From the NCBI RefSeq assembly GCF_006345805.1, contig NC_043005.1, positions 34,596,001 to 34,660,000 on the forward strand: a stretch of DNA of 64,000 nt, given 5' to 3'. This document shows, one piece after another, positions 1 through 10,876 of the stretch. Position numbers and translations under genes: made by a program. Below the pieces are notes generated by a model that was not told the origin of the DNA, did no database searches, and saw nothing but the letters and a program-made list of their open reading frames with translations. Source of the stretch: Octopus sinensis. Taxonomy: Eukaryota. Numbering within the stretch: the stretch's first letter is position 1; each line of letters begins with the position of its first letter.

Positions 1-591
1 TATTGTTGGTTCATCTTGTGGTAAGTCACAGTAGTTGTAAGGTAGGTGAGATTTAATATTGATTTTTGTGACATATCAACTCTGAAAGATGAAAGACAAA
101 GTTGACCTCAGTGGGATTTGAAGCACAAGACATACTTTTCGATATTTTAAGGACACAGATCAGTTACCATTTAGCTGCTGCATATATGTTGTTGTTGCTT
201 AGCCCCAGCTCAGCCCTCCTGCATTTCCCTAGAGTCGTTGCATTTAGCTCCATATCATTCAATGTAGCTTACATTTTAAAATGGTTGGGTGTCCTTTGAA
301 GGAGATTTAGTTGCTATTCCTAGCAGGATAAGTAACTATACAGAAGGCTTTCTGTGTCTTTTGAAGGAGATTTGTTTGTTATTCCTAGCAGTTTGAACCC
401 TTATACAAGTGGTGTCTTCCTGCTGGTTTGCTGTGTGGCAGTGAAATGTCTGTGTTGTTATATTGACACAGAACAGAACTTTAATAAAATTGAAGAATTA
501 TATAAAAATAACAGAAATGGTTGTGGTTAACAGTAAAAACTGAAAAGAATTTGAATGAAAATATTAACTGACAGCCAATTGTTTCACTTAC

Positions 592-653
592 TTTGGATAG
601 AAGCTGTTATCAGGGGCATCATTTAACATCACATCTGTCACATCTAAATAAAA
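592..653 (-). CDS. UBA6: UBA6 coding exon W11 (62 nt, phase 0 to 2): FYLDVTDVMLNDAPDNSFYP(K)
   Basis: ttctttgacAG|TTT TAT TTA GAT...CCA AA|GTaagt. Follows QW as expected (LYLEAADIV...FLPR in vertebrates). The next exon (GDRYD...) was not found in the window. Confidence 0.88.
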
Positions 654-789
654 CTGTCAAAGAACAAACACCAACATAAAAATAAATAATAATAATAATA
701 ATAATAATATAATAATAATAATAATAAGACACAGAAACACTAATACAACCCAGTAGGACAACAGAAAAATAACTGTAAAAGACTGGAAT

Positions 790-1660
790 ATCTAGTTTCC
801 TGTGAGTATTTTGAATTTCCCTCAAAATAAGTTAAGGAACTTACATATCTACACATAAACAATCAGCTTTGAAACTTTTAATATTTACACCTTCTGTGAA
901 TACCTTTCATCCCCCCACCCCACTGAGTATTCGAAAATGTAAACAACCTCTTTATTTCAAGAACACTACAGTTTTCTCTGTTCTGACAGACAAAAGATCA
1001 TCTCCAGCAAATTTTTAAAACTTCATATCTACAATTTTCTGTGAAAAAATTTTAACTTCCTTTTCTTTCCATTCCTTTTTACCTAAATATTAAAAAATGG
1101 AAACAGCCTTTTTATTGAAAAAAAAAAAAACACCACAGTTTTCTCTGAATAAACATTTATAAATATCTCCAATTTTGTGTGAACATTTTATCTTCCCTTC
1201 TTCCCTGACTAACAGAATATGTAAACATGCCTTTTATTGTAACAACACAATTAAATGCACGATAAAAAATTAAGGAAGTAAGCACCTGCCAATATATACA
1301 TACTACACAACTAAAGATCTCTAAACCACAGCAAAACTTTTTAAAAAAAAAGAAAAATTCCAAAAGAAAAAGAAATTCAGAAATTCAAACATCCAACAAG
1401 GTGAACATATCTTCTTCCAACTATTTCCAACTATTTCTACAATTTCCTGTGAATATTTTAAAACTCCCTCAAAATAAAATAAGTTAGGAAACTTACATAC
1501 CTAGGGCTTTCAAACACACAAACGATCAGCTTAAAAAAAAGAAAACTTTTAATATCTACAACTTATGTGTGAATACTTATCCTTTCTTCTCTCCCTGAGT
1601 ATTCGAAAATGTAAACATCATCCTCATTTTTATTCTAAGAACATTACCATTTCTCTCTTC
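790..1660. repeat. Degenerate local repeat array (~110-140-bp related units, with a larger 790-980 / 1435-1660 duplication)
   Basis: Recurring motifs atatctacaattt..tgtgaa, gagtattcgaaaatgtaaaca (917 and 1597) and ccctcaaaata..taagtta.gaacttacata (820 and 1466). Confidence 0.65.
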
Positions 1661-2199
1661 ACTCCCAAATAACTATCAAACAGCTATCGATAATTCAACC
1701 CAACCAATTCCTACCAGGAAGAAATTACATTCGAGACTTTACCCCAACTTCTGCTAATAGCTGCTGCAGCCGCAAGTTATTTGAATCTTTTTTTTGTTTA
1801 AACTTTCTTTATAACTACCACCCCAAACGTTTTACCTTAAATTTTTGACGCACCCTAAGGGTCCTCGGACGCTACTTGCAAACTCTTGGTTTATCATAAA
1901 CCGCTTTTGTCGTGTGCACCAAAAAACCTTTTCCATTTGTTTGTTCAGTTTGGTCACTTTTGACTTTTACGTTGTTGTCACTCACATTGCTGCCCACTTT
2001 TTTGCCGTTTTTGTACATTTTTATAGATTTTGGGATACTTACCCCACGTGTTCCAAGAGTTAAAAAGGTCAAGTTGCGTCCCCTAGACAGTCTGTGGTTT
2101 GTGTTTAATACACAAATTGGTTTGCTATGTGTGCCACATATGATTTAATTAACCGATTTTTTCCAGTAATAAAGAATCCTATTGGAATAAAAAGGGCCA

Positions 2200-2685
2200 T
2201 ATAGCTCCTTGGAGCAGACATGATGCTCACTGTGAATTAAAAAAAAAATTCCTGCCAATTTGTGAAAGATATTGTCGAAAATATGTCATCTTGAATTTGA
2301 ACCCGATTTCCCAAAATGGCATGATCTTTATCGCTTTTTTCTGATGGTAGGGTATTGCATGGAAAACTAATGTCAGAATTAAGTTTCTTAGGGTAACATT
2401 AAGCTTCACCATGAGTTTGGTGAAAATCGATTGCAAGTTGCAAAAACTACAACAGAAAATGTGTTGCATATAAAAAACTTAGATTCTCGACCCCATGTCG
2501 AATCTATCGATTTTTTTCAGAACTGGGGGAACTTTTCAAAATTTTCGCTGCATTAGTTTTGAATTATGACATTGGGCTATGTGTGTGTCAAGTTTCATCA
2601 GAATTGGTTGAAAGCCGTGGTCAGGGTGAGGGTACAACCTGACAGACACACAGACAGACAAACTGCCGTTTATATAGAGAGAGAT
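2200..2685 (+). mobile_element. Non-autonomous Helitron/Helentron-like (HINE-type) repeat
   Basis: The layout aagtttcatcagaattggttga...(ACAG)n...tttatatagagagagat at the 3' end is typical of invertebrate HINE/DINE-like elements. Confidence 0.55.
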
Positions 2686-3142
2686 ATATATGTGTGTGTG
2701 TGTGTGTGTGTGTATGTGAGTATGTATATATATATATTATTGTTGTTTTTTCTAACAGTAATTATAAGAAGAACAGGTTGAATTGCTTCTTTTCAAGGCA
2801 GGGCTCTAAGTAGCACTGGTAGTAGTAAACACATTTGACCTCTGCTGACCCAAAGGGTCCGAAGATTCTTTTGTCTCTATGGCTGACCTCCCCACAATCT
2901 GCTGAATTTATTTATAGACCTGTAGATTATGATCTATCCTCCAACAATGGTAGTGGTGGTGATAATGATAAAAATAAAAATAATAATAATATTCTGCAGC
3001 AGCTAATACTAAATACTACTAATACTGCAATAATACTACAACTACTACTATTATGATAGCACAGGAATCTGAGGCCCAACTACCACCCTTATCACTACCC
3101 CCGCTGCCGTTGCTGTTACTACTGCACATAAAAACAATAATA

Positions 3143-3694
3143 TCATTTAATTAAACAATGTAAGTATTCAGTCACATATAGAATTTTTAAAATTAAATTG
3201 ACAATGTTCATTTCTATACTTATTCCATTTGCCAACATTACAAAGAGGGTAGGTATATAGACAGAGAGGTGAATTTCATCAGTAAAAAACTGTAGTAGAA
3301 AATCTTTACTCATGGGTAGATTTCCTATCACTGAATTTACTTTGTTATTTAGACTTATCAATGGGGAGGGGGTTTTCTATTAAGTTCAGTGGAGACAATC
3401 AAGAATTTTTCTACCTATAGATAGAAGAAGGGGTAGTTTAAATGGCTGAGCCATAAATCCAACCCTTTCATGAGGAATTTAACTTAAATCTGCCCATGAG
3501 TAAAGATCTTCTACTACCATGTTTCTATTGATGAGATTCAACTCTGTCTATATACCTACCCTCTTTGTAATGCTGGCAAATGGAATAAGTATAAAAATGA
3601 ACATTGTCAATTTAATTTTAAAAATTCCATATGTAGCTGAAGAGTGCTCTACATTTTAAAACTGATGTAATACTTACATTGTTTAATTAAATGA
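3143..3694. mobile_element. Foldback/MITE-like element with ~180-210-bp inverted arms
   Basis: 3143-3323 is the reverse complement of 3486-3694 (for example tcatttaattaaacaatgtaagtatt versus aatacttacattgtttaattaaatga). The right arm carries an extra ~30-nt segment. Confidence 0.85.
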
Positions 3695-3709
3695 AGTAGC
3701 ATGAAACGA

Positions 3710-4272
3710 TTGTACTACAATACCTTTGGATATCCTTGTTGCTTATTTTGATTATGGAATTTGTATCCTTGTGGTAGTGCCGGTGGCACACGAGAAAACC
3801 ATCCGAACGTGGCCGTAACCAGTGCCGCACCGACTGGCCTCCATGCTGTGGGCACATAGCAATCACCATCCAATCGTGGCCGATCGCCAGCCTCATCTGG
3901 CTCCTGTGTCGGTGGCACATAAAAAACACCATCCGAGCGTGGTCGTCTGCTAGCCTTGTCTGGCACCTGTGTCGGTGGCACATAAAAACACCATCCGAGC
4001 GTGGCCGTTCCCCAGCCTCGTCTGGCACCTGTGTCGGTGGCACATAAAAACACCATCTGAGCGTGGCCGTTCGCCAGCCTCATCTGGCACCTGTGTCGGT
4101 GGCACATAAAATCACCCACTACACTCTCGGAGTGGTTGGCATTAGGAAGGGCATCCAGCTGTAGAAACACTGCCAGATCTGACTGGCCTGGTGCAGCCTT
4201 CGGGCTCCCCAGACCCCAGTTGAACCGTCCAACCCATGCTAGCATGGAAAGCGGACGTTAAATGATGATGAT
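3710..4272 (+). mobile_element. RTE-LINE 3' UTR/tail copy with 62-bp internal tandem repeats and a (GAT)n tail
   Basis: Contains ggttggcattaggaagggcatccagctgtagaaac...ccatgctagcatgg...gttaaatgatgatgat. The same tail ends the RT-bearing copies at 43.7 kb and 50.8 kb. Confidence 0.85.
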
Positions 4273-4350
4273 ATATATACACACACACACACACACCTAA
4301 ATACTTAAATATATGTGTGTATGTATGTCTGTCTGTCTGTCACTACTTAC

Positions 4351-4494
4351 CCATTGGCTCAGTGGGGTAAATTTGCCTGTGATTGCTTTAAGAACTTCTT
4401 GAGCCATAAATCCTCCAAGAACTGCACAGAGAGGAGGGAGACAACCTTTACATGTGAATGCCAGCTTCTGGATAAGGCTTTCGTCAAGTTCCTC
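4351..4494 (-). CDS. UBA6: UBA6 coding exon W10 (144 nt): EELDESLIQKLAFTCKGCLPPLCAVLGGFMAQEVLKAITGKFTPLSQW
   Basis: tatttcAG|GAG GAA CTT...CAA TGG|GTaagt. Contains the hallmark E1 motif GG..AQEVLKA.TGKF.PL.QW. Confidence 0.97.
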
Positions 4495-4637
4495 CTGAAA
4501 TAATAATGATAGCTTTTACAAATGATTTATTAACTGAAAAACCACTTGTAAGACAGAATTAGTCAAAAGCTGGCATTGGTAAACAATGAGTAAAAGCCAA
4601 AACAAAATTCAAGTAAGAATTAAGTATAATCACAGAC

Positions 4638-4704
4638 CTTTATGGACATAGAAGAATGTATTTCTTTGGCTTTTGATAGCAACAACTCAGCATCATCAGA
4701 ACAT
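4638..4704 (-). CDS. UBA6: UBA6 coding exon W9 (67 nt, phase 2 to 0): CSDDAELLLSKAKEIHSSMSIK
   Basis: gtctttctAG|A TGT TCT GAT GAT GCT...ATA AAG|GTctgt. Phase-compatible with W8 and W10, and resembles CQQDSEELLKLA. Confidence 0.9.
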
Positions 4705-4884
4705 CTAGAAAGACAAAAGACAAAATAAGATACATTTTTTTTTTACATTTACAAAATTGACTGAAGTCATTATTGCTTATTGACCATTGTTATCAATTCC
4801 ATTCCTGCACATCCCAAAATATACTCCTGCATTAAATTCACTTTTAATGTAAATAATACACACACACACATATATATATATAAA

Positions 4885-5155
4885 CATGGCTGTATAGTAA
4901 GAAGCTTGCTTCTCAACTGCATGGTTCCAGTTTCAGTCCCCTTGCGTGGCACCTTGAGCAAATGTCAGCCTCAGGCTGACAAAAGCCTTGTTAGTGGATT
5001 TGGTAGACAGAAACTGAAAGAAGCCCGTTGCATATATGTATATATATGTATATATTTATGTATGTTTTGTGTCTGTGTTTGACTCCTGCCGCCATTGTCT
5101 GGTGTGTTTACATCCCTGTAACTTAGCAGTTTGGTAAAAGAATAAAAGAATAAAA
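4885..5155 (+). mobile_element. tRNA-derived SINE (family A)
   Basis: tRNA-like head tggctgtatagtaagaag...ggttccagtttcagtcccc, followed by gatttggtagacagaaactgaaagaagcccg. Other copies occur at 14436-14590 (-), 18790-18960 (-), 24295-24530 (+), 43400-43500 (+) and 55440-55790. Confidence 0.7.
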
Positions 5156-5157
5156 GA

Positions 5158-5221
5158 ATATATATATATGTATGTATATACACATATATATATGTGTGTG
5201 TATGCATATATATATATGCAT

Positions 5222-5252
<31 letters not shown>

Positions 5253-5317
5253 CACACATATATATATATACATATATATATATATACATATATATATACA
5301 TATATATATATATATAC
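5158..5317. repeat. Compound (TA)n/(TG)n/(CA)n microsatellite
   Basis: Seen directly. It is the source of several spurious I/Y/C/V ORFs. Confidence 0.95.
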
Positions 5318-6470
5318 TAAACCTCGCTAAGATAAGTATTTATTTATATTTAAGATCTTCAAATTGTAAATTTTAATATTGTATAAGTCTTTGGTGTAAT
5401 AATATTTTCCTTATGTAAATATCGTTGTTTATATAATGATCTAATTATCGTAATTTTCTATATTATTAGATATTAAATTTAAGTTTATTCGTAAGATACT
5501 ACTTAGTGATAGATTTGTTGTTTGATAGCAAGCATACGAGGTGTATAAAGTTAGGCTTTTGTATATACATGTTTTAATAGTATTAATTGTAGTTTTAAAT
5601 TTCTTATAATTAAATTAGATAAACTTTGATAAACTTAGATATGTTTCGACTAAAGATTGGTCCAGGCCATGTCTAATTTAATAGCATAACTTAGTTATTG
5701 TTTTTTTAAATTGATATTCGCTAGTTATTCCCATTGATAATTGTATTTATAGTATTTATTTGATACTATATTACTACGAATTGATTATTTCTATAAGTAT
5801 TTTACATAAGATTTCCGAAAGTTCGTTTAAGTTTGTTTATTTGTATTTTGAAATTAGCTATTTCATCTTTAAATATGAAAAATTAATTTATTAGGTTTTT
5901 ATTATATGTGCATATATATTTATTTATAGAGATTATTTTAGATTTTAATTATAATATTTATATACATTTATATATTTTCATTGATAATTTATATATAATA
6001 GTCATTTTTAAATATTTATGTAATTAGATATAGATTAATACCGATATTAGATTATTGGTGGGTTTCCTACCTTATAAATTAAAATTAATATTTAACATTA
6101 TAGTCGATTTTGATATAATCATAATTGTTAAGTTTTATGTTTCTAGTTTGATAATAGAGTTTATTATAAGTAAAATTATTATATTATTTATATCTTAAAA
6201 ATATTGTTTAAATATTTCTGATTATTTTTTAGATATTTCAATTAACCTGAAGATTGACTGTAACCATAACTCGAATTATTAATTGAATTTAAATTATTGT
6301 TATTCGAATTGTACAGCCATGAAACGATCGTAGTGTTTTACTCTTTATCTTTTATTAAACTTTTAATACTTTTGATATATATTTAAAATAATATAAATTA
6401 AATTAATTTTATGTATTGGCTTATGTTTTTCTTTGTTTGATTTGCCTAATAGTAGTTTTATCCCTAATGT
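5318..6470. other. Very AT-rich (~17-20% GC by eye) island of unknown origin, bounded by microsatellites
   Basis: Sharp compositional shift between (TA)n tracts. The plus strand is T-rich, CpG is not depleted, and no long ORF exists in any frame. Confidence 0.7.
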
Positions 6471-6471
6471 A

Positions 6472-6527
<56 letters not shown>

Positions 6528-7421
6528 AACTGAAATTTTAAGATTTATGGAGGGACAGTATGAATGAAAAAGTTAAAAGAGGTTGTACTATTGTTTTTAA
6601 ATTGAGTTTCATTTTATGTTTGAAAATAAAGTAACTCATGATTGTAATTGTGATCATTGATTTCCAAAATTTTTTCATTTTTTACTTTCGATGCTTCTCC
6701 CATCATTTTTAATTGTGTAGTGCAAAGAAAAATTTCCAAACATTTTTTTTACTACAAAGACATTTTCCATTGTTTTTAAGTGCATGGTGCAAAACAAGAT
6801 CAGTCCAGAAGGCTAAGCAGGGTGTCAAAATTGAAAAAGTGTTTTCATAAGCTCCCCTTGGTGTGGTGTAAAATAAATATATATAAAATATATATAAAAC
6901 TGAGAACGTGTGTGTTTGTGTGTGTGTAAACCCGCAGAACCTCTGAAGTTCACAACTGATTTTTTCCAAACTGGGAACATACATTATTTATGTTCCAGAG
7001 ATGGTTTTAGACTCTTAAAGCTTTTCACATAATGTGTAATGGGACCTCTGGGGACAGAAGACCCCCTTTCTTGGGGTATGTACGATTGCCTGCATGGTCC
7101 ACACATTACTTCTGTTCAAACTGGAAAAAAACAGCTACTGAAGTGATATATGTAAGTTGTATTAAATGGCTGAACCGATGGAGACTTCAAACTGCATTGT
7201 TTAAGTGGTAGCAATAATAAACTGTTCTTGCACTACCATAGGAACCAAGTTGTTGGAATAAAAACCGTTTGGAATGACTATGTTTATTATGAAAAATATG
7301 TGAAAATATGTTAAATCCTGAGCAACTATTCAACTATTTTCTTTTAGTTTCAGTATCAAAGTCTTCCTTCTAAGCATAAATGAAGCCCATACAAATGTTC
7401 TTCAGTTATTGATTACAAACC

Positions 7422-7826
7422 AAACTAGAAAAGCACTTGGAGAGCACAGACCTCCACCATGCAGCTCATTTTAAGATAGATGCGCGAGTAAAATTACTAA
7501 TAGAGAAACGATAATAAACTTTGGAAACAGCAGCGCCACCATAGATTACATGGAAATGATGAATGTGTTTTCAAGTAAGATAATCAAGGAACGTAACATT
7601 GTAATACTTCATGTAAAGTAAATATAACAAATGAAAAATCCTTCAAGAATCCATAAAATTTCCTAGATCATTACCAAAATTTCATCATCTATTCTTTGTG
7701 TCATCAACTTTTCCTGCAAGTTTCATCAAATACCGTTTGCAACTTTTTGAGTTATTTTTCCCACAGACGGACAGACAGACAAACCAACGCCGATGAAAAC
7801 ATAACCTCCTTCCTTGGCGGAGGTAA
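7422..7826 (+). mobile_element. Helentron-associated interspersed element (HINE-like)
   Basis: Starts aaactagaa. The 5' subterminal acctccacc (7450-7458) is the inverse of the 3' ggcggaggt. It has an (ACAG)n tract and a terminal hairpin acctcc-ttccttggc-ggaggt. Confidence 0.7.
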
Positions 7827-8473
7827 ATATAGCATGTGCATTAACCTACTAGTTTACGGTGTCTAAGACCCAACTACGTTAGTCAGAGACTTTGTCCTGA
7901 ATGTGATCTTGTTGTGTCCAGACGATGCATGCAGAATTGTTTTTGTTTGGGAGCTGAGTTGTCCTTACAATGGTTGCATGCTGTTTACATGAAGGAATGC
8001 ACGGTTGAGCCCTGACTATTGATTCCAAACCAAAATATTGCATGTTCTTAAAGCACTTCCTTGCTAATCATCCCCACTTACAACATCATTTCTTTCATGT
8101 AGATTTCTCTCATATGGTGTTGTTGAGTGTACCCACAAGTTTAGTTTATCACATAGATGTAGTTCCTATGTTTGGCTGATTGTTCAGTGTGGTAATGGCA
8201 GCACCAACAGCCACAAAGGAGAGTATATCCACTGAAAGCTTTTTGGTGCATTCAAAAATCACATATACCCACCCACTTTTCCACGACAAGGTTAGGGCCT
8301 GGAATCTTCCAAACAGACACATGACATGTCACTTAGTCAAATTAGCCCTTCTCCACATATGTTTTGTCATCAATGTTGCACTTCCCTGTATCACATATTT
8401 CAACTTAACTGTACCATATATATAAACTATGCCATTTACATCCCAAGCAATGCCGAGTACGTCTGCTAATATA

Positions 8474-8522
<49 letters not shown>

Positions 8523-8528
<6 letters not shown>

Positions 8529-8805
8529 TTATGAGAGGTAATGGTGTCATTGAGACCCAAAGGTATCAGGTAATGCTGAATAAGTGTCTATAGATAGACA
8601 ATATCCCTACATATCTCACATCTATTTTCATTCCTCTACCTCACTCTCTATTTCGTATCTTATCTAAATTAAGTATTACTTAACCATCCTCTCACACTGT
8701 CTTTGATGAAGGGATATAATAAATATCCTGGAAACAGCTGTAAGACCTATCTATAAATGTTCTAAAATCTACACAGCCTAGGTTTTTTATCTAATTACGA
8801 AAAAC

Positions 8806-8808
<3 letters not shown>
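8523..8808 (+). mobile_element. ~285-bp Penelope-like pLTR / retrozyme-like monomer inserted in (TA)n
   Basis: Flanked on both sides by (TA)n and carries a minimal hammerhead-like motif at 8699-8746. Confidence 0.55.
8699..8746 (+). ncRNA. Degenerate minimal type I hammerhead ribozyme
   Basis: GTCT [tTGATGA] A GGGATAT aataa ATATCCT g [GAAA] CAGCTG TA AGAC. Stem I is GTCT/AGAC, stem II a hairpin, and stem III the palindromic CAGCTG. C3 is changed to T and the base of stem II is mispaired. Confidence 0.6.
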
Positions 8809-8847
<39 letters not shown>

Positions 8848-9233
8848 CATACACACATATTTATATATGAAATTTTCCGTTATGTATATATTGCATACAT
8901 TAAGAAAACAACCCTCTGTGGTGGTATCAGAGAGTAAATTTAGAAAGTGTATTAAAAACTGTGTCATTTGGCGGGACTGTAGATTTGTAAAAAATAGAAT
9001 ATAAATATATGTTATATTAATGGGTTTAGAATATCTAGGGTATATTTTAAGGATTTGTAATGTTTTGTCAGGTGTTAATGTTTGCATGTATTCTGCTTGA
9101 GGCTGTGTTTCTCTAAGTCTGCAGTATTGCTTTGACAACCCCTGCTGTACAGGGTGGGGGTTAGATGAAGCACTTCTAATTGTGTCATGGCAACAACAAC
9201 ATCAATCACAAAGCTATAAAATTCCCTACTTAC

Positions 9234-9310
9234 CTGGTGTTGGGAAGTCTTCCGTTCATCTGGTAAAATGATTGCAGAGCAAGAAATGCACAATGAATGG
9301 TAAAAGGGGC
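9234..9310 (-). CDS. UBA6: UBA6 coding exon W8 (77 nt, phase 0 to 2): APFTIHCAFLALQSFYQMNGRLPNT(R)
   Basis: ttccctccaAG|GCC CCT TTT...ACC AG|GTaagt. Resembles APLEIHTAMLALDQF...RKPN. Confidence 0.92.
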
Positions 9311-10813
9311 CTTGGAGGGAAAAGAAGAAAATGAAATAATACCGCCATTAAGTATTGCATTATATATGGGGCACATTTGATATATATATATAGACACATA
9401 TTTATATGTGTGTGCATGTGTATGTAGGTATGTATGTGTATATGTGAATATACATATATGTGTATATATACTCCTCTACAAACACTGATATATACATGCA
9501 TGCACATGCATTTAGAGATACATACATGTGCGTGAGTATAAATATATATTTAATATACACAGGATTTAAATTTGAGCTACAATTAGTTTCACATCCCTGA
9601 AAATACAATGATTGGTCAAACTTTTAGAGCATGACATGTATTTTCAGGCAATCATTGAGACTTTTGCCTGAAAATATATGGTATGCAATACAAACTTGTC
9701 CAACCATTGTATTTTCAGAGGCATGAAACTATTAGCAGCTCAAATTAAAATCCTCTGTGTGTGTGTATGTGTGTATGTGTGTGTAAGTGTACAGAGAAAG
9801 AGAAAGAGAGATTGTCTTCAATCTTCAATTCTGTCTAGCTCTTACTCTGAAGTGTGTGTGTGAGTACATGAGAATGTGTAACTATTAAATTAGATGGGTG
9901 CATGTGCATGTGCAATAATATATCAAAGATTGGTATTGTATTAGAAAAGAGAAAATCCCTCCAATGCCATTATTATTAATGGTTCTACTTATATCGTATT
10001 ATAAAATGTGTTTAAATATCTGTCTATAATAACAACTGCCAATATAATAATGCTGGTTGATTTCTCCAGTTAGGCTTTACATCATATAAAGAGATGTGGA
10101 GAGAGATTACAAAAGAGAGACAGAAAGAATTATCATGAGTGGTGCAGGATGAGTGCTTGGTGAGAGGTAATGAGTAAAAGAATGTCACAGTGAGAGAGAG
10201 AGAGAGAGAGAAATCACCTCTATATAATAATAGCTGAAATAAATGTTGGTTAGTTGGTGGGTTGATATCTTTTGTCACACTTTACACTGTATAGAGAGAT
10301 GGGAAAGAGAGAGAGAGAGAGTAAAAGAAAGATTCAGAGAGCATTAACACAAGAGGTATGGAATGAGTGCACATGAACCTTGGTGGCAGGTAAAGAGTAA
10401 AAGAACATTTCACATACACACACATACACAGTGAGAGAGAATCATGATGGTGGGAGAGAGGAGATAAATGATAGAGTAGTTACAGAGGAAGTTATTCACT
10501 TAAGAAATTTGTTTCTTTTACTTTGAGGGAATAAATATTTTTTCTTTAAAATATATTAGTTCATTTCATTATTTTGTATAAGCTCCAAGAAATTTGATAA
10601 GAAGTTAAATTATAATTATTGTATGTAAGCCTTATTTTCTGACAAAACTATACTTCCAAAGTCACCAGTCATATGACAGCTTACTTTCTCGTTATCAATA
10701 ATAATCAGAGTGCAAGGTAAAAAGAAACTATTTTTTTAATCAAACTGTTTGGTAATTCAGCTTTGCATCAACTGGAAACTAAAAGAAAAAGTTACTGCAA
10801 ATAAAATACTTAC

Positions 10814-10876
10814 ATTTAATCGACTTAGATCAGGAGTTAACAAATTAGGCTTGGTCAGCTGGGTTTCAAGACTTTC
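10814..10876 (-). CDS. UBA6: UBA6 coding exon W7 (63 nt): ESLETQLTKPNLLTPDLSRLN
   Basis: atatttcAG|GAA AGT CTT...TTA AAT|GTaagt. Resembles ESLERQLKHPKCLIVDFS and lies inside track ORF 10757..10969. Confidence 0.92.

Noticed and set aside
4971-5376. ORFs rich in I/Y/C/V/H/T, also at 8809, 9256, 19154, 20100, 46089, 49682 and 61413
   Set aside because: These are translations of (TA)n, (CA)n, (TG)n or (AAT)n microsatellites.
6246-6280. CTGAAGA...CGAA as another hammerhead
   Set aside because: There is no pairable stem II, and GAAT replaces GAAA.
5318-6470. RIP-like hypermutation or a mitochondrial insertion (NUMT) as the explanation for the AT island
   Set aside because: A rough count gave ~60 TpG, about what composition predicts, so the symmetric CpA/TpG loss of RIP is absent. 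No mitochondrial rRNA, tRNA or protein motif was recognised, and all frames have TAA stops even under the mitochondrial code.
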